Below, in pieces: positions 9,687 to 19,729 of a DNA stretch of 64,000 nucleotides. Every line of letters begins with the position of its first letter. Positions within the stretch are counted from its first letter, which is position 1. This DNA is from an uncultured Verrucomicrobiae bacterium (GTDB lineage: Bacteria; Verrucomicrobiota; Verrucomicrobiia; Chthoniobacterales; Chthoniobacteraceae): NCBI GenBank assembly GCA_963836755.1, contig CAWIKF010000002.1, forward strand, positions 960,001-1,024,000, written 5' to 3'. Made by a program: the position numbers and the translations under genes. A model generated the notes under the pieces. That model worked only from the letters and a program-made list of their open reading frames with translations, was not told the DNA's origin and made no database searches.

Positions 9687-9919
9687 GTCTCGAGAAACTC
9701 GAGCGCTTTGTCGTAGCTGCAACGCTCCAGAAAATGCCGCAGCCGCGGATTTGCATCGCTCGGAAGATTGGCTTCGAGTTCTGCGATTTTTTCCGACACG
9801 GCCTTCAATCTGTCGAGATGAGCGGCGGCGTCGCGTTCACGAAATTCGCGATCGGCGATGATGCTCAAGCGCTCGCGGAGCGCGGCGGCGAGCTGTTCGT
9901 GCAGGGGATCGGACTTCAT
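9680..9919 (-). CDS. Hypothetical helical protein, 79 aa
   Basis: Fills the gap after the GH26 gene on the same strand; protein-like composition, ends LRHFLERCSYDKALEFL. Confidence 0.65.
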   Translation of the reverse strand: MKSDPLHEQLAAALRERLSIIADREFRERDAAAHLDRLKAVSEKIAELEANLPSDANPRLRHFLERCSYDKALEFLETK

Positions 9920-9969
9920 TGGCGAAACAAAGTCGATGATGTGACGGGACGTGTCTAGCGGATCAAAGT

Positions 9970-11046
9970 TCAGCGCGGCTTCAAAATCGGTGAGCCGAGC
10001 CAGAACGGATCTGCGACGCCGCGCCGATAGGCATCGAGCGCCTCGGGCGTGGAATTGACGCGCAGGTTGCTGTAGGTGTCGTCTTCATTCTGCCAGCGTT
10101 CGTGCCAGAAAATCGCCGCTTTCAAGCGCGGATATTTTTTCATCGATTCGAAGGCTTCGTTGATGAAATTCGACTTGCTGCCAAACTTCGAGAATTCGCC
10201 GATGCCCCATTCTGCGAGCATGATCGGCTTCGTCGGATCGAGCTGCGCGAGCTCTTTGTAAGGCCAATCGAGCAACGGCGGAAACGGCGACCAGCGATCC
10301 TCGAAGTATTGCTGCCCGTAAACGCTCAGTCCCATCCAGTCGACATAATCGGGCCCCGGATAATAGCTCGCGGCGTAATTCCAACTGTCCTGCGGATAGG
10401 AATAATTCATCATGTGAAACACCCAGAGCACATTGTGAGCGCCACGCGCGCGAACGCGATCGACGACGTGGCGGTAGGCTTTTTTGTATGTTTCCGGCCC
10501 CTCGTATTGCTGCGGGTTCGTATTCGGAATCAAAGTTTTCGCACCGTAGAAATGGCCGGACCACGGGAACCATGTGCCGTTGGCTTCATTGGCAAACGAA
10601 ACAAAAAAGGGTTGTTTGAATGCGGCGGCGGCGTCGCCCCACTTGTCGATGTAGGCGTCCCATTTTCCCGCGATGATGCTCGTCAGCGAAAATTTGTCGG
10701 GACCTTTGTCCTCTTCGTAGGGCTGATCCCATGGCGACCAGAAGACAAGGGGAACTGAGCCGTGACGCCAGATGAGCTGGAGGTTCGCTGTGGGAAAAGT
10801 TTGCTGACCCCAGTAGCTCGACGAAGCGACGATCGCCTGGTGTTTGCCGACGAGTTTTTCAAAATCCTCGATTTGCTCGATCGTCACATCGTCTTCGGTG
10901 TCGCCGAAATCCACGTAGGCGCCGGTGTAGGCGCCTTTGTCGGGAACGATGAGTTGCTGCGGCGTGTTTGGATCGGCCGGCGGCGGGGCAACTTTTTCGC
11001 ACGCGCCGAGGGCGCCGAGAAGGATGACGGCGAGAAAGCGTTTCAT
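9970..11046 (-). CDS. Glycoside hydrolase family 26 (beta-mannanase-like) lipoprotein
   Basis: Lipobox LGAC; FANEANGTWFPW (acid/base), YYPGPDYVDWMGLS, KPIMLAEWG (nucleophile). Confidence 0.8.
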   Translation of the reverse strand: MKRFLAVILLGALGACEKVAPPPADPNTPQQLIVPDKGAYTGAYVDFGDTEDDVTIEQIEDFEKLVGKHQAIVASSSYWGQQTFPTANLQLIWRHGSVPLVFWSPWDQPYEEDKGPDKFSLTSIIAGKWDAYIDKWGDAAAAFKQPFFVSFANEANGTWFPWSGHFYGAKTLIPNTNPQQYEGPETYKKAYRHVVDRVRARGAHNVLWVFHMMNYSYPQDSWNYAASYYPGPDYVDWMGLSVYGQQYFEDRWSPFPPLLDWPYKELAQLDPTKPIMLAEWGIGEFSKFGSKSNFINEAFESMKKYPRLKAAIFWHERWQNEDDTYSNLRVNSTPEALDAYRRGVADPFWLGSPILKPR

Positions 11047-11050
11047 TTTT

Positions 11051-14000
11051 TCAAGCACGCACGGGCAGGGAAGCGGTCCGCTCGAGTTTGCCCCACGTGA
11101 CCCACGCGCCTTTGATCGCCTTATAAAGGGCGCGCCAGATGACCCAGCTCAGCAGTGGGCGATAAATCAGGCGCATGGGCAGGATGATCCAGGCTTTGCG
11201 CAGTTTTTCGCCGTCGAGCCAGCACGCCATCAGCGCGAGCAGCAAATCGGTGATGAGGAACGTGACGAAGTAAATCCACATCGCGCCGCCGCCGCCGCTG
11301 GTGAGTGAAAAGATCAGCAGCACATCGACGATCGGAGTGATGGCGACGAGGATGATCTGGAAAAACCAGACGCTCGGGAGGCTGAACCAGCCGAGCGCTT
11401 TGTATTGCGGGTTGAAAAAGAGGTCGCGGTGTTTCCAAAGACATTGCAGCGTGCCGAACGCCCAGCGGAAGCGCTGCTTCGCGAGCGAGAGCATTGATTC
11501 CGGCGCTTCCGTCCATGCATTCGCATCCGACGCATAGGCGATGCGATAGTTTTTTTTGTGCAGGCTCAGCGTCAGGTCAGTGTCCTCCGCGAGCGTGTCC
11601 AGCGAAAAGCCGCCGGCTTCGATGAGCGCTTTTTTGCGCAGCGAACTGACTGCGCCGGGAGCGACGGTGATGCAGTTCCACTGCGCGTAAGCGCGACGGT
11701 CGAGATTAAACCCGCAAATGTATTCGAGCGATTGGCAGCGCGCGATGAATGACCGGAGATTGCCGACTTTTGCGTGACCGGAGACTGCGCCGACTTTTGG
11801 ATCATGCAGCGGCTGCACGAGTTCCCGTAGCGTTGCGCGATCGAAATGCGTGTCGGCATCGAGAAAAACGAGAACCTCGTGTTCGGCCAAATCCGCGCCG
11901 GTGCGGAGCGCTTGCGATTTGCCGCCGTTCGGCTGCTGCACGAGGCGAATGCGCTTGTTGATGAATGCAGCTTTGCGCACCTCATCAGCGGTGGCATCCG
12001 TCGAACCGTCGTCGATCACGAGCACTTCATATTCGCCGGGATAATCGGTATCGGTCACCGAGCGCAACGTTGCCTGGATAACTTTGTCTTCATTGTATGC
12101 GGCCATGATGATGCTGATCGGCGGCGCAAACACCTGCACGGAAGGATCGACTTTTTTGCGGTGATGCCTCGACGCGAGCACTGCCACGAGCAGCGTGCGC
12201 AATGCGATCAAGCCCGTCGCCGCGATCATGAAAGCCCATGTAAATTGCTCGATACCGTGCCAGATACGAAAGCCGACGCCGGTAACGAAGCGCGTGAGCG
12301 GATCAGCATCGCGTTTAACAACTGGCATCAGATCGTCATGCGGGATATTCAGCAGCTCGCTCAGCGAAACAATGCGATCGCCGCGAGTTTGCAACCAGTC
12401 GATGATCTTCGGCAAAGCTTCCACGGTCTGCTGCCGATTCCCGCCGGCGTCGTGCAAAAGCAAAATGCTTCCGTCGCGCCTCAGCTCCTTCACGCGGTCC
12501 ACGATCACGTCCGTGCCCGGCCGCGCCCAATCTTCCGGGTCGATTTTTTCGAGCACGATCAAATAGCCGAGTTCATCCTGCACGAGCTTGAGCGGCTCCA
12601 ATTCCTCGAGTGTGCTCGGCGTCGAATCCGCGTTGTAAGGCGGGCGAAAAAGCGTCGTCGAATGGCCAGTGATGCTTTCGATCAGCCGCTGCGTCGCGTT
12701 GAGCTCGATGCGGATTTGCTGCTCGCTGATCTCCGCGAGATTGGAATGCGTGTAGGTGTGGTTGCCAATTTCATGCCCCTCCGCGACGATGCGCCGCACG
12801 AGATTCGGATATTGCTCCGCTTGCGTGCCGAGCAAAAAGAACGCCGCCTTCACTCCGCGCGCCTTTAGGATATCGAGGATCTTCGGCGTCCACGTCGGAT
12901 CTGGTCCGTCATCAAAAGTCAGCGCGACTTCGTGCTCACCGCCGGCGCCTTGGTGATACAAAATCGGATACGTCGGAAAGCCACGGTTCGGATCGGGATC
13001 GTTTGGATAACTCTCGATGAAGCGGCCGCCTTTTTTCTCCGGCTGAATGTCCCGCACACCGTTGTTGTGCGTGTCGTCGACAGTAACGATTTCACCTTCG
13101 CCGACGTTCGTCACCGTGTCGGAGCTCGACATGTGATCGAGCTGCTGAAGATTCGCGGCCGAAACTTGATCGAGATTTTTCCACGAGAGCACGTCCCAAA
13201 TTTGTGGATCTTCCGTGCCGAGCCGGCCGATCGCGACGCCGCCAAGTTGCGCCCAGCGCACCGCGCGGAGCTGATTTAAAAAAGTCGCGGCATCGAGAAA
13301 CCAGACGCTGTGGTCGCCCTGCGGCTCTTGATAGAAGTAAAACGGATTATAACTAGGTGTTTTCGCGTCAACTTGTTGCAAACCCGCATAACTCGCGCGG
13401 CTCATCGCATCGCAAAACGAAATCGTCTCCGCTTTTTTTCGCGAGCTGAGCCAATCATAGCCATACGCGCCGATCGCGCCGATCCATTGGTCGGATTCGC
13501 CGTAGGCGTTGATGACCTGCAACCAGCCCTCGAACCAATCCTGCGACGCGAGCGGTCCGGGCGAATCCTCCTCCGAAGTTTCGTCGTAAAGCATCGCTAC
13601 GAAATGGTCGACATGATCCGTCAGCGCCTCGAGATCGTAGACTTCAAACTCATCGCCCATCGGCACCTCGAGCCAAAGTTCCTTGTCGACCGCATGCAGC
13701 GCGTCCGAAATTTTCGAAAGCAGAAGCGTAAACTGTTTTTGATACGCGGGATCAAGCTGCTCCCAATCGATCACGACGCCGCCGGCCTTCGCCTCGGTCA
13801 GCGCTTTGAGCAGATCGACGATGAATTTTTCGCGCCGCTCGGGCGGGCCGTTTGCGAGATTTTCCACCGCTTCCGGCTGCCAAATGCTTTCGCGCAGATT
13901 GTTTAACAACGGCATGAGCACCAATCCCTTCGCTGCCGCGAGCCTCGCCACGCGGACATCTTCCTCGATGTGCAGCGTGCCGGCGCCATCCACGAGCGAC

Positions 14001-14434
14001 ATCCACTCCGGACAAACGTGCGTGAGTTGGCTCGCGTGCGCCTCGAGCGAATTGTAGCTGTTCGGATCCCAATCCACATAAAAGCCCATGCGGATTTCCG
14101 AGAACTTTCGCGGCTTTGGATGCAGTTGCGCGCGCAGTTTCGCCATCCGTTCCTGCGCCAGTGTCTTCGGGTAAAACTTCTGCCACGTCACGTCCTTCGC
14201 GGGAGAGGCCGATGCCACCGGAGCCTGTTGCTGAAAGGCTTTCAGCTGACCTTTCAATTTCCGCACCGACGCCGGCAGCCGCAATTCCGGCCGCACAAAA
14301 AGCGCCTCGACGAAGCAGACGACGGCGATGAAAAGCAGGACGCCGCCGAGCAGCAGCGCGAGCCGGAGACGCGGCCAGCGCTTCCCATTCGGATCGAGAA
14401 AAATGAACGGAGTTCCGCGATCGCCGGGGTCCAT
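11051..14434 (-). CDS. GH18-like + polysaccharide deacetylase (CE4) + processive GT2 fusion
   Basis: N-terminal TM; GVVIDWE and MLYDE (GH18-like); TFDDGP, HTYTH, FRPPY, LLHD (CE4); DDGSTD, DADT, AEDTD, QRFRW (GT2). Confidence 0.9.
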   Translation of the reverse strand: MDPGDRGTPFIFLDPNGKRWPRLRLALLLGGVLLFIAVVCFVEALFVRPELRLPASVRKLKGQLKAFQQQAPVASASPAKDVTWQKFYPKTLAQERMAKLRAQLHPKPRKFSEIRMGFYVDWDPNSYNSLEAHASQLTHVCPEWMSLVDGAGTLHIEEDVRVARLAAAKGLVLMPLLNNLRESIWQPEAVENLANGPPERREKFIVDLLKALTEAKAGGVVIDWEQLDPAYQKQFTLLLSKISDALHAVDKELWLEVPMGDEFEVYDLEALTDHVDHFVAMLYDETSEEDSPGPLASQDWFEGWLQVINAYGESDQWIGAIGAYGYDWLSSRKKAETISFCDAMSRASYAGLQQVDAKTPSYNPFYFYQEPQGDHSVWFLDAATFLNQLRAVRWAQLGGVAIGRLGTEDPQIWDVLSWKNLDQVSAANLQQLDHMSSSDTVTNVGEGEIVTVDDTHNNGVRDIQPEKKGGRFIESYPNDPDPNRGFPTYPILYHQGAGGEHEVALTFDDGPDPTWTPKILDILKARGVKAAFFLLGTQAEQYPNLVRRIVAEGHEIGNHTYTHSNLAEISEQQIRIELNATQRLIESITGHSTTLFRPPYNADSTPSTLEELEPLKLVQDELGYLIVLEKIDPEDWARPGTDVIVDRVKELRRDGSILLLHDAGGNRQQTVEALPKIIDWLQTRGDRIVSLSELLNIPHDDLMPVVKRDADPLTRFVTGVGFRIWHGIEQFTWAFMIAATGLIALRTLLVAVLASRHHRKKVDPSVQVFAPPISIIMAAYNEDKVIQATLRSVTDTDYPGEYEVLVIDDGSTDATADEVRKAAFINKRIRLVQQPNGGKSQALRTGADLAEHEVLVFLDADTHFDRATLRELVQPLHDPKVGAVSGHAKVGNLRSFIARCQSLEYICGFNLDRRAYAQWNCITVAPGAVSSLRKKALIEAGGFSLDTLAEDTDLTLSLHKKNYRIAYASDANAWTEAPESMLSLAKQRFRWAFGTLQCLWKHRDLFFNPQYKALGWFSLPSVWFFQIILVAITPIVDVLLIFSLTSGGGGAMWIYFVTFLITDLLLALMACWLDGEKLRKAWIILPMRLIYRPLLSWVIWRALYKAIKGAWVTWGKLERTASLPVRA

Positions 14435-14440
14435 CGTTCT

Positions 14441-15304
14441 CTACGCCGCGCGGTCGAAGTGGAAAAACTCGTGCGCGTTTCGGGTCGTCTGTTGCGCGAT
14501 TTGGTCGAGCGTCACGCCACGCAGCGCGGCAATTTTTTCCGCGACCTGCCGCGTGTGCGCCGGCTCGCACCGCTGGCTGCGAAAAGGCACCGGCGCAAGA
14601 TACGGGCAATCGGTCTCGACCATGAAATCGCTCGCGCCCACCTGCGCCGCGCACGCCTGCACGATCGGCGCGTTTTTAAAAGTGACGATCCCGGTGAAAG
14701 AAACCATGTGTCCGAGACGGATCACCCGCTGCGCTTGTTCAAACGTATTGCCGAAGCAGTGAAAAACTCCGCGCACTTTGCCGGTGTATTTTTCCAAAAT
14801 CGCCAGCGTCTCGTCCCACGCCGCGCGCTGGTGAATCACGACGTTCAAACCGAGCTCCGCCGCGAGATCGAGCTGCTGCTCGAAGAGCGCCGCCTGCGCC
14901 GATTTGTAAGCGCCGTCGCGGATTTCCGCCGCGATTTGACGCGGGTCGTTCAACGGCATTTCCGCCAGCCACGCCGGCTTTGGGTTTAAAATTACCGCGC
15001 TCGGCAGCCGATGAAAGTCGAGCCCCGTCTCGCCGATCGCCACGACGCGGGGGCTTTGCGCCAATTCCCGCAAAGGCGTCAGCACATCGGCGGCCGCTTC
15101 CTCCGCCGAAGTCGGATGAACGCCAATCACCGCAAAAATATTCGGATGCGCCTCTGCCAGCGCGACCGCGCGGCGGCTGCTTTCCACCGAAGTGCCGATT
15201 GTCACGACCCGCTCCACGCCCGCGGCGTGCGCCCGTGCGAGCACCTCGGAAAAATCTGCGGCAAAATCCGGATAATCGAGATGAGCGTGCGTGTCGATGA
15301 TCAC
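14441..15304 (-). CDS. tatD: TatD family hydrolase
   Basis: IDTHAHL, GVHP, AIGETGLD, VFHCF, ETDCPYLAP. Confidence 0.93.
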   Translation of the reverse strand: MIIDTHAHLDYPDFAADFSEVLARAHAAGVERVVTIGTSVESSRRAVALAEAHPNIFAVIGVHPTSAEEAAADVLTPLRELAQSPRVVAIGETGLDFHRLPSAVILNPKPAWLAEMPLNDPRQIAAEIRDGAYKSAQAALFEQQLDLAAELGLNVVIHQRAAWDETLAILEKYTGKVRGVFHCFGNTFEQAQRVIRLGHMVSFTGIVTFKNAPIVQACAAQVGASDFMVETDCPYLAPVPFRSQRCEPAHTRQVAEKIAALRGVTLDQIAQQTTRNAHEFFHFDRAA

Positions 15305-15308
15305 ACGC

Positions 15309-15539
15309 CTACCCCAAATCCTGCGCGGTCACCGACGTCTGCTCCCGGCTGGCGAGCAATCGCGCCTGCGAGATCACGCGCGGCGTATCGTCGTCAAAAC
15401 GGTAGCCGTAGCAGTTCGGGCACATCGCCACGCGCTCGGAGACAATCGACTCACACCCTTCGCAAATCTTGAAGTCTTGCGCCTTGGCGATGATCTTTTC
15501 CGCGCGCGCGACGCGGTCGGCAAAAGGAGGAATTTCCAT
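15309..15539 (-). CDS. Small zinc-ribbon protein, 76 aa
   Basis: CEGC-x10-CPNC; ends 4 bp before the tatD start; start set to ATG 15539. Confidence 0.7.
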   Translation of the reverse strand: MEIPPFADRVARAEKIIAKAQDFKICEGCESIVSERVAMCPNCYGYRFDDDTPRVISQARLLASREQTSVTAQDLG

Positions 15540-15657
15540 GGAAGCGGATGCGCACTCTACCACACGCCGCGACACTAGCAAGGTTGCAGCTTTGGCAGAA
15601 AGCCGCGCGGATTTCGCTGGCGCGTGCGGGTTCGCACGGCGATGGTGCGCGTTCCCA

Positions 15658-15852
15658 ATGCGCGCCCTCTTTTGTCTCGGGATTTTTTTTCTGGCGGGCT
15701 GTGCCACACATCAGCGGCAGCCGAAGTTTGACACCAACGATTCGGCGGCGGAGGACCGGAAGTTTTTTTGGGGCGAATGGTGGCACTCTGCGCCGTCGGA
15801 GGATGACGCGGAAGACAAGCGCTTTTTCTACGGCGGCTCGCAATTCCACTGA
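15658..15852 (+). CDS. Small lipoprotein, 64 aa
   Basis: MRALFCLGIFFLAGC lipobox; internal repeat AEDRKFFWG / AEDKRFFYG. Confidence 0.6.
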   Translation: MRALFCLGIFFLAGCATHQRQPKFDTNDSAAEDRKFFWGEWWHSAPSEDDAEDKRFFYGGSQFH

Positions 15853-15951
15853 CGACAAAGTCTGCGAAGGATCCCGCGCTGCACGATCAAGCGCGCGCAA
15901 CGACTGCGGAAAATGCGCATCCGTTTTTTGCAAAACGCCGTATCATTCACG

Positions 15952-16575
15952 ATGAAAATTTTGCTCGCGGCGGTGGCGGCTTTCGCCACGATGCTGACGA
16001 CTGCCTGCTCCGAGGATCACGCCATGAATGACAAGCCCGCTCCCATGCCAAAAGTGCCGCCGGGCGCGGAGGTCGCGACGCTCGCCGCCGGTTGTTTCTG
16101 GTGCACCGAGGCGGTCTTTCAGCAAATTCCCGGCGTGATTTCTGTGACCTCGGGCTACACGGGCGGCTCGGTCCCGAATCCAAGTTACGAGCAGGTGTGC
16201 AACGGCGACACCGGGTTTGCGGAGGCTGCGGAGATTGTGTTCGATCCGAAGAAACTTTCGTTCGGGAAATTGCTCGAGACTTTTTGGAAAATGCACGACC
16301 CGACCACGCTCAACCGCCAGGGCGCCGACAGCGGCACGCAATATCGCTCAGCGATTTTTTACCACAGCGATGCGCAAAAGGCCGAGGCTGAGAAATCGAA
16401 GGCTGAGGCGCAGCCGGATTTCAATAGCCCAATCGTCACGGAGATCACAAAGGCAGGCTCCTTTTATCCGGCGGAAAACTACCACCAGGATTATTACAAG
16501 CAGAACAAGAACCGGAATCCGTATTGCCGGATGGTGATTCAGCCGAAGCTCGAGAAGCTCGGGCTGGAGCACTAG
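15952..16575 (+). CDS. msrA: Peptide-methionine (S)-S-oxide reductase with lipoprotein signal
   Basis: GCFWC, SGYTGG, HDPTTLNRQG, FYPAENYHQDY; signal ending LTTAC. Confidence 0.93.
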   Translation: MKILLAAVAAFATMLTTACSEDHAMNDKPAPMPKVPPGAEVATLAAGCFWCTEAVFQQIPGVISVTSGYTGGSVPNPSYEQVCNGDTGFAEAAEIVFDPKKLSFGKLLETFWKMHDPTTLNRQGADSGTQYRSAIFYHSDAQKAEAEKSKAEAQPDFNSPIVTEITKAGSFYPAENYHQDYYKQNKNRNPYCRMVIQPKLEKLGLEH

Positions 16576-16593
16576 CGGAACTTCTTCGGGCGG

Positions 16594-19500
16594 CTACGCG
16601 CGCTCTTTGTGAAAAATCCGCGTCGCAGCGCTGGCGATGGCAAATCCCGCGCCGGCCAAAAGCGCGATTTCGAGCGGCTTTAAGCCGGTCGGCTGATCTT
16701 CAGTAAAGTTCTGCTCGGGGAAATTTCCGGACGGGCCATTCGGGCCAGTTTCGCGCGCCATTTTCAAAATTTGCGCAGTGTGGAGAGCGCGCCGGTTGGT
16801 GAGTTGTTCAATCTGCTCGCGGCAGGAAAATCCATCGGCGATGATGAGCGTATCTTTGCCCGCTTCGCGCACCGCCGGCAGCAGCACGCGCTCGCCGCAC
16901 GCCTTTGAAACTTCGTATTTGTCGGCCTCGAATCCGAACGAGCCAGCCATGCCGCAGCAGCCCGTGTCGGGCATCTCGCAGTCGAGCCCGATCTGGTCGA
17001 GCAGCTTTTCCTCGCACGCCATCTTCATCACCGCTTTGTGATGGCAGTGGCCGTGCACGACCGCTTTGCGCAGAAGCCGCGGCGGATGATAATCGGGCGC
17101 TTTTTTCTCCAAAAATTCGCTGAGCATGTAGGTCTGTTCCTTGAGCCGTTTCGCGTCGATGTCGTGTGGGAAAAGGTTGCAGAGCTCGTCGCGGAAAACG
17201 GCCACACAGCTTGGTTCCAAGCCGACGACCGGCGTGCCGGCGCGGATTTCCTCGCGCAAGGCGCCGAGGATTTGCTTGAGCAATTTTTCCGCGAGATCGA
17301 GAAAACCGAAATCGTAAAGCGGGCGTCCGCAGCAGAGGGATTCGCGCGGGACGATGACGTGAAATCCGGCGTCTTCGAGCACCTCGCACGCGTCTTTCGC
17401 GGCGGCGGGCAGCAGGTAGTTGTTGAACGTGTCGGCCCAAAGAATCACGCGCGGTTTGTCGTTCGCGGGGCGTTGCGGTCGTTTGAAAAACCAAGCCTTA
17501 AAAGTCTCGGTCGCAAATCGCGGCATGTGCCGCTCCTGCGCGATTCCGCCGAGCGCTTTCGCGACGGTCGCTAACGGCTCAGTTTGCGTAAAAAAGTTGA
17601 CGATGTTTGGAATGCGCGACGCGACGCGCGCCCACCAGTAAATCAGCCCCATCGAATACGCCGGCCTCGGCCGCAGCCGACCTTCGTAGTAGTGCGACAA
17701 AAACTCAGCCTTGTAGGTCGCCATGTCCACATTCACCGGGCAATCGGCCTTGCAGCCTTTGCACGCGAGGCAGAGATCGAGCGCGTCTTTGACCGCATCA
17801 TCGTGCCAGCCATTTTTGCCGATGACCTCGCCGCGGAGCATTTCAAAAAGCAGCCGCTCACGTCCGCGTGTCGTATCTTTTTCCTCGCGTGTGACCATGA
17901 AGCTCGGGCACATCGTGCCGCCTTCGAGCCGCCGGCATTTGCCCACGCCGACGCAACGCAGAGCCGCACGTGCGAAGCTGCCTTGATCGTCGGGATAGCT
18001 GAAATGCGTCTTCGGCTCGCGCGGATTGTAATCGGTGCCGAGGCGGAGATTTTCGAGGATCGGATAAGCCTCGATCACTTTACCGGGATTCATTTTCCAC
18101 TGCGGATCCCAAATGGTTTTAAATTCGCGGAACGCCTGCATGATTTCCGCGCCATACATTTTCGGCAGCAGCTCGGCGCGCGATTGGCCGTCGCCATGCT
18201 CGCCGGAAAGTGTGCCGCCAAAACTCAGCACGAGATCGGCGGCCTCGGAGACGAACTCTCGATATTTCACGAGCCCTTTTTCCGTCTGCAAATCGAACGG
18301 AATGCGGCAGTGAATGCAACCCTGCCCGAAGTGTCCGTAGAGCGAAGCCTTGTAATCAAATTTGAGGAAGAGATCGCGCAGTTTGCGCAGATACGGGCCG
18401 ACTTGTGTCGGCGGCACCGCGCTGTCTTCCCAGCCCGGCCACGCGTCCGGCAGGCCCGGCACGAAAGCCGTCGCGCCGAGTCCTGATTCGCGGATTTCCC
18501 ACAGCTTGTCCTCGTGTTCCTTGTCGTCAAAAAGTTTCATGCTCGGCGCATTCGGCTTGCCTTTTAAAATGGCCATCACCTCTCGCGCTTTCGCATCCGA
18601 TTCCTCCTTCGTGTCGCCGCCAAATTCGACCAGCAGCCAGCCTTTTCCTTCGGGCAGCAACTGGATGTCGCCCGGATGCAAGCCGGTTTTTTTCATGTAG
18701 CCGATGAGCGTGTCGTCGAGGCCTTCGAGGCCCGTCGGCTTGTGCTCGAAAATCTCCGGCGCATGATCGCCCGCCTCATAGACATCCTTGTAGCCAAGCA
18801 CGAGCAGGCTGCGCGCTTTTGGATTGTGAATCAGATGCATCGTCGCCTCGAGCACGGTGACGAGCGTCCCTTCGCTGCCGACCAAAGCGCGCGCGACGTT
18901 GAAGCCGTTTTCGGGTAAAAGATCGGGAAGGTTGTAGCCCGAGACGCGGCGTGGAATGTCGGGGAATTTTTCGCGAATCATCGGCGCGTATTTGTCGCGC
19001 AGCGCTTTCATTTTTCCGTAAATCTCGCCGCGACGTCCGCCCTCGCGGATGATGCTTTCGAGCTCCTCCTCGCTCGTCGGGCCGACGCGTATTTGCAATC
19101 CATCGTAGGTCAAAATTTCCAGCTCGTGCGTGTTGTCGGAAGTGCGCGCGCCGGGGCCGAGGAACTGCGCCATCACGGAATGCACGCCGCACGAATTGTT
19201 GCCGATCATCCCGCCGAGCGTGCAGTGCGAATGCGTGGAAGGATCGGGGCCAAACGTCAGCCCATATTGATTGGCGGCCGCTTTCAGTTGATCGCAAATG
19301 CAACCCGGCTCGACGCGCCCGAGCTTCCGCGCCGCGTCAATCTCGATCACCTTGTTGAAATATTTCGACATGTCGATGATGACCGAAACGTTGCAACATT
19401 GACCCGCAAGACTGGTCCCGCAGCCGCGCCCGGTGATCGGCGCGCCAAAACTCCGCGCGACCTCGATCGCGCCGATCACATCGTCCTTGCTGCGCGGCAC

Positions 19501-19716
19501 CACGACGCCAATCGGCGTCTGGCGATAGTTCGAGCCGTCCGTCGCATAAAGCGCGCGGCTGCCGTCATCGAAACGGACTTCGCCGGAGATGCGTTTTCGC
19601 ATTTCCATCGGCAGCGTCCACGCGTCGGCGTGGGAAAGATCGGCCGCTCCCGGCGGTCGCATCGTGGTGTTCTCCGGCAAAACTTTTCCACCGGCTTCCA
19701 TCGTTGCTGGTTTCAT
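16594..19716 (-). CDS. FAD-linked, 4Fe-4S oxidoreductase (GlcD-like + GlcF/GlpC-like CCG domains)
   Basis: GTSLAGQ, TLGGMIGNNSCG, LSGEHGDG, CVGVGKC, CLACKGCKADCP, two CCG motifs; start set to ATG 19716. Confidence 0.9.
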   Translation of the reverse strand: MKPATMEAGGKVLPENTTMRPPGAADLSHADAWTLPMEMRKRISGEVRFDDGSRALYATDGSNYRQTPIGVVVPRSKDDVIGAIEVARSFGAPITGRGCGTSLAGQCCNVSVIIDMSKYFNKVIEIDAARKLGRVEPGCICDQLKAAANQYGLTFGPDPSTHSHCTLGGMIGNNSCGVHSVMAQFLGPGARTSDNTHELEILTYDGLQIRVGPTSEEELESIIREGGRRGEIYGKMKALRDKYAPMIREKFPDIPRRVSGYNLPDLLPENGFNVARALVGSEGTLVTVLEATMHLIHNPKARSLLVLGYKDVYEAGDHAPEIFEHKPTGLEGLDDTLIGYMKKTGLHPGDIQLLPEGKGWLLVEFGGDTKEESDAKAREVMAILKGKPNAPSMKLFDDKEHEDKLWEIRESGLGATAFVPGLPDAWPGWEDSAVPPTQVGPYLRKLRDLFLKFDYKASLYGHFGQGCIHCRIPFDLQTEKGLVKYREFVSEAADLVLSFGGTLSGEHGDGQSRAELLPKMYGAEIMQAFREFKTIWDPQWKMNPGKVIEAYPILENLRLGTDYNPREPKTHFSYPDDQGSFARAALRCVGVGKCRRLEGGTMCPSFMVTREEKDTTRGRERLLFEMLRGEVIGKNGWHDDAVKDALDLCLACKGCKADCPVNVDMATYKAEFLSHYYEGRLRPRPAYSMGLIYWWARVASRIPNIVNFFTQTEPLATVAKALGGIAQERHMPRFATETFKAWFFKRPQRPANDKPRVILWADTFNNYLLPAAAKDACEVLEDAGFHVIVPRESLCCGRPLYDFGFLDLAEKLLKQILGALREEIRAGTPVVGLEPSCVAVFRDELCNLFPHDIDAKRLKEQTYMLSEFLEKKAPDYHPPRLLRKAVVHGHCHHKAVMKMACEEKLLDQIGLDCEMPDTGCCGMAGSFGFEADKYEVSKACGERVLLPAVREAGKDTLIIADGFSCREQIEQLTNRRALHTAQILKMARETGPNGPSGNFPEQNFTEDQPTGLKPLEIALLAGAGFAIASAATRIFHKERA

Positions 19717-19729
19717 AAAGTGCGGATCG

